24,000 nt of DNA from positions 1-24,000 of the forward strand of contig JACWAE010000035.1 of NCBI GenBank assembly GCA_014874385.1, written 5' to 3'. Under the pieces are notes generated by a model. The model did not search any database. It worked only from the letters and a program-made list of their open reading frames with translations, and was not told where the DNA came from. The translations under genes were made by a program, and so were the position numbers. Below, piece after piece: positions 21,563 through 24,000 of the stretch (position 1 is its first letter; the number at the start of each line of letters is the position of its first letter). The DNA is from Dehalococcoidia bacterium (GTDB taxonomy: Bacteria > Chloroflexota > Dehalococcoidia > SZUA-161).

Positions 21563-22407
21563 TCTACCTTAACGGTTCTCTTGTGCCTCGCAGCCAGGCC
21601 AAAATATCGCCCTTTGACCTGGGCTTCCTCTACGGCTACGGCCTTTTCGAGACCATGCGCGCCTATTCAGGTCGCATCTTCCGCTTGGAGAGGCATCTGG
21701 AGCGCCTTTCCCAATCGGCCAAGCTACTCGGCTTGCCACCGAATGCTTTCGACCTTAAAAAGGCCTGTAATGCCACGCTGAGGGCTAATAAGTTGAAAGA
21801 GGCACGAATCAGGCTCACCGTATCCATGGGAGAAGGCGAGTCCGCACCCGACCTGCCGAAGCACCCCAGGCCCACGGTGCTGGTCACAGCCACGAGGTAT
21901 GTTCCTCTTGCGGACGAGGTTTACCGCAAGGGCTACAAGGCAGTAGTATCCACCATAGACCAGGACAGCCAGTCTCCGCTTTCCCGCCTGAAATCAGCCA
22001 ACTACCTCAACCATATCCTTGCCCAGAGAGAGGCCAAGGCATCGGGAGCCGATGAAGCCATTCTACTCAACGAGAGAGGCTTTCTCTGCGAGGGAAGCAC
22101 CAGCAATATCTTCCTGGTATCGAAGAAAACCCTTATCACCCCAGGGGAGGAGAGCGGCTGCCTGCCCGGGATTACCCGTCAGGTAGTTATGGAACTTGCC
22201 CAAGCGCTTGGTATAAGCCTTGCCCGGCGAGAAGTTCAATTAGATGAGTTGCTCCAAGCCGACGAAGCCTTCCTCACCAATTCTATTATGGAGCTGATGC
22301 CTCTCGCTGAGGTCAATGGCCAGCGCATCGGCAGAGGCAAGGTGACCCAGAGGCTGATGCAGGCGTACAAAGAGGCAGTTGTGAAGGAAACAAAACAAGG
22401 GGCTTAA
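21550..22407 (+). CDS. pabC: Aminodeoxychorismate lyase (class IV aminotransferase fold)
   Basis: The sequence shows the class IV aminotransferase pattern [33 protein letters not shown]...[12 protein letters not shown]...EGSTSNIF. The gene overlaps pabA by 13 nt. Confidence 0.7.
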   Translation: MEQIVYLNGSLVPRSQAKISPFDLGFLYGYGLFETMRAYSGRIFRLERHLERLSQSAKLLGLPPNAFDLKKACNATLRANKLKEARIRLTVSMGEGESAPDLPKHPRPTVLVTATRYVPLADEVYRKGYKAVVSTIDQDSQSPLSRLKSANYLNHILAQREAKASGADEAILLNERGFLCEGSTSNIFLVSKKTLITPGEESGCLPGITRQVVMELAQALGISLARREVQLDELLQADEAFLTNSIMELMPLAEVNGQRIGRGKVTQRLMQAYKEAVVKETKQGA

Positions 22408-22417
22408 GCCCCTTGTT
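22394..22417. terminator. Hairpin between convergent pabC and tmk (bidirectional terminator candidate)
   Basis: The sequence is AACAAGGGGC ttaa GCCCCTTGTT. The pabC stop codon TAA (22405-22407) sits in the loop. Confidence 0.55.
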
Positions 22418-22434
22418 AATCTCACAAAAAATGT

Positions 22435-23046
22435 CTAGCCCAAAGATTCCTGCACCCGCTCCCAGACTATATCTTGAATCTTCACCTCTGGGAGCGTAGC
22501 GTCAACCACCATCCACCGCTCCGGATCGGCAGCAGCCATCTTGAGATAGCCCTCCCTCACCTTCTGGTGAAACAGGAACTCCTCCCGCTCGAACACATCC
22601 AGTTTCATCTTCTTGCGCGCCAGGCCTTGCTCCGCCGATATGTCCAGGAGCACTATGAGGTCAGGAGAAAAGCCGTCGGTGACAAAGGTGTTCACCATCC
22701 TGAGGAAGTCCAGGTCCATCCCACGTCCGTAGCCCTGATAGGCGAATGTAGAAGCATCGAAGCGGTCACATATAACAATTTGGCCTTTTTCTAAAGCAGG
22801 GCGGATAACCCTGTTCACCAACTGGCTTCTAGATGAGAGAAAGAGGAATAACTCTGTTTGTGTGGTAACCCCTCTGCCCCATTTGACCCAGCGGCGCAAC
22901 TTATTACCCAGGAGTGTACCACCTGGCTCATGGGTAAGCACTATATGAAAACCAAGCCTGCGAAGTCTATCAGCCAGAGCCTTGGTTTGTGTAGTCTTAC
23001 CGCAGCCCTCTCCACCCTCGAAGACGATAAATGAAATTTTCCCCAT
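22435..23046 (-). CDS. tmk: Thymidylate kinase
   Basis: The P-loop is FIVFEGGEGCGKTTQ. The DRF motif (ICDRFDASTFAYQG) and the LID-like region are present. Length is 203 aa. Confidence 0.9.
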   Translation of the reverse strand: MGKISFIVFEGGEGCGKTTQTKALADRLRRLGFHIVLTHEPGGTLLGNKLRRWVKWGRGVTTQTELFLFLSSRSQLVNRVIRPALEKGQIVICDRFDASTFAYQGYGRGMDLDFLRMVNTFVTDGFSPDLIVLLDISAEQGLARKKMKLDVFEREEFLFHQKVREGYLKMAAADPERWMVVDATLPEVKIQDIVWERVQESLG

Positions 23047-23055
23047 GTGCGTATG

Positions 23056-23084
23056 ATAATATGGTTATTATACTCCGATGTCAA
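23056..23084 (-). promoter_or_regulatory. Sigma70 promoter of tmk (predicts a leaderless or near-leaderless mRNA)
   Basis: On the reverse strand the sequence reads TTGACA, the 17-nt spacer tcggagtataataacca, then TATTAT. The -35 is at 23084-23079 and the -10 at 23061-23056. Only 9 nt separate the -10 from the ATG, and no SD is present. Confidence 0.5.
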
Positions 23085-23148
23085 GCCTCAGCAGTTGGAT
23101 GCCGTTTAGTACTTATGGGGGAAGAGAACCGCATTATCAGCGTACTTT

Positions 23149-24000
23149 CTATACCCGATGCTCGTCATCGTTGGGGAAAATCTGCACCCGGCGCCGCGGC
23201 GCTTTGCCTGTGCTCTTCGTCGCCAGATGATATTTCTCGGCCAGTTGATGTTGCAGGCGACGAATGAAGGCATTTTGGGGGCTCAATTCCACTGTCTGCC
23301 CGGTGCGCTTGATCTCCTCTATCGCCTCCTCTGCCTCTTTCAGCGCCTGAGCCACGGAGTCCGAGCGTTCCTCAACCCGGTAGACATTGGCCAGGCCCTG
23401 CTCCATCTGGGCGATTTTATCGCTCCTGACGACATATACAGGGACCCCCCTGAGCTCGGCGTCCTTCAGGAGCCGCGGCTTGCGGCGATAATGGCTCTTG
23501 GAGGTCATCAGCAGGTCGGCTTCCTTGATATCGTTAACCACATCAACGGGCAGGTTCATCCTCTTGATGCTCTCCTCCAGTCGAAGGCGATTGATACCGA
23601 ACGGCATGATTCTTTTGGGCTCCTCTTTCCTGGGAACTCTCCTGCCAACCTGAGGCTCAGCAGCGGAGAAGGGAAGCGTTTTCTCACTTTTTACCTCCCC
23701 GTCCTCAAACCAGCGCACTTCCACCGGCACGAAGTGCCCCCGCAGTGTAGCATCGACGACAGCGGCTACATCGGGATGAATAGCAACTCGCTCCCAGCTT
23801 TGAATCTCCACAACCACATCGAAGGTGGGGGGTGCCTTGCGCTCCAGTATCGACTTCTGCGTGCCCCGCCTCCTGGCCTCCTCATCTCCCAGGGTCACTG
23901 ACTGGATACCGCCGATAAGGTCAGAGAGCGTGGGATTCATCATCAGGTTATCCAGGGTATTGCCGTGGGCAGTGCCCACCAACTGCACTCCACGTTCGGC
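23149..24000 (-). CDS. R3H-domain nucleic-acid-binding protein with ATPase-like N-terminal part (Ycf45/SpoIIIAA-like), 5' end outside the window
   Basis: The frame stays open to the right edge ([66 protein letters not shown]). The C-terminus is R3H-like ([32 protein letters not shown]). Confidence 0.6.
   Translation of the reverse strand, partial: AERGVQLVGTAHGNTLDNLMMNPTLSDLIGGIQSVTLGDEEARRRGTQKSILERKAPPTFDVVVEIQSWERVAIHPDVAAVVDATLRGHFVPVEVRWFEDGEVKSEKTLPFSAAEPQVGRRVPRKEEPKRIMPFGINRLRLEESIKRMNLPVDVVNDIKEADLLMTSKSHYRRKPRLLKDAELRGVPVYVVRSDKIAQMEQGLANVYRVEERSDSVAQALKEAEEAIEEIKRTGQTVELSPQNAFIRRLQHQLAEKYHLATKSTGKAPRRRVQIFPNDDEHRV

Noticed and set aside
1-24000. CRISPR arrays, rRNA genes, intact IS elements or prophage
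   Set aside because: No regularly spaced direct repeats, rRNA-like sequence, intact transposase or integrase, or phage structural genes were seen. The only mobile-element trace is the transposase fragment at 1512-1736.

Overview
This is a moderately GC-rich bacterial chromosomal window. It has sigma70-type promoters, Shine-Dalgarno sites, tRNA genes that encode CCA, and rho-independent terminators. The repeat families and gene content suggest a Chloroflexota-like genome, but that is inference only. Housekeeping content: a compact 4-tRNA cluster (Phe-Leu-Gln, then Asn), an RsuA/RluB-type pseudouridine synthase, an RNase J-like MBL nuclease, an ABC-2 exporter pair, DegV, mntP, pabB-pabA-pabC, tmk and an R3H/ATPase gene. 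Several unusual items sit among these. (1) Two tandem genes encode archaellin-like proteins with archaeal class III signal peptides. They lie behind an excisionase-type HTH gene, and no assembly ATPase, platform protein or prepilin peptidase is present in the window. (2) A heliorhodopsin with intact Schiff-base Lys and counter-ion Glu lies in a co-directional block with ABC-2, hotdog thioesterase, DegV and an unknown membrane protein. (3) An archaeal-type DUF1616-like protein is divergent from a GT2 glycosyltransferase. (4) A lower-GC TIGR02391 (Hypoth_Ymh)-type gene is bracketed by two perfect 28-nt palindromes. These belong to a dispersed GTAG...CTAC hairpin family with five copies in the window. 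(5) Three orphan redox or unknown genes are present: a B12-binding radical SAM with an extra C-terminal domain, a solitary HgdB/DCCP-like protein, and an MGMT-like protein without the catalytic motif. (6) A transposase remnant lies beside the tRNAs, an 81-nt imperfect hairpin element lies upstream of pabB, and a polypurine/polypyrimidine structured leader lies upstream of mntP. No CRISPR array, rRNA or intact mobile element was seen. All family assignments come from reading motifs by eye and need HMM or BLAST confirmation.
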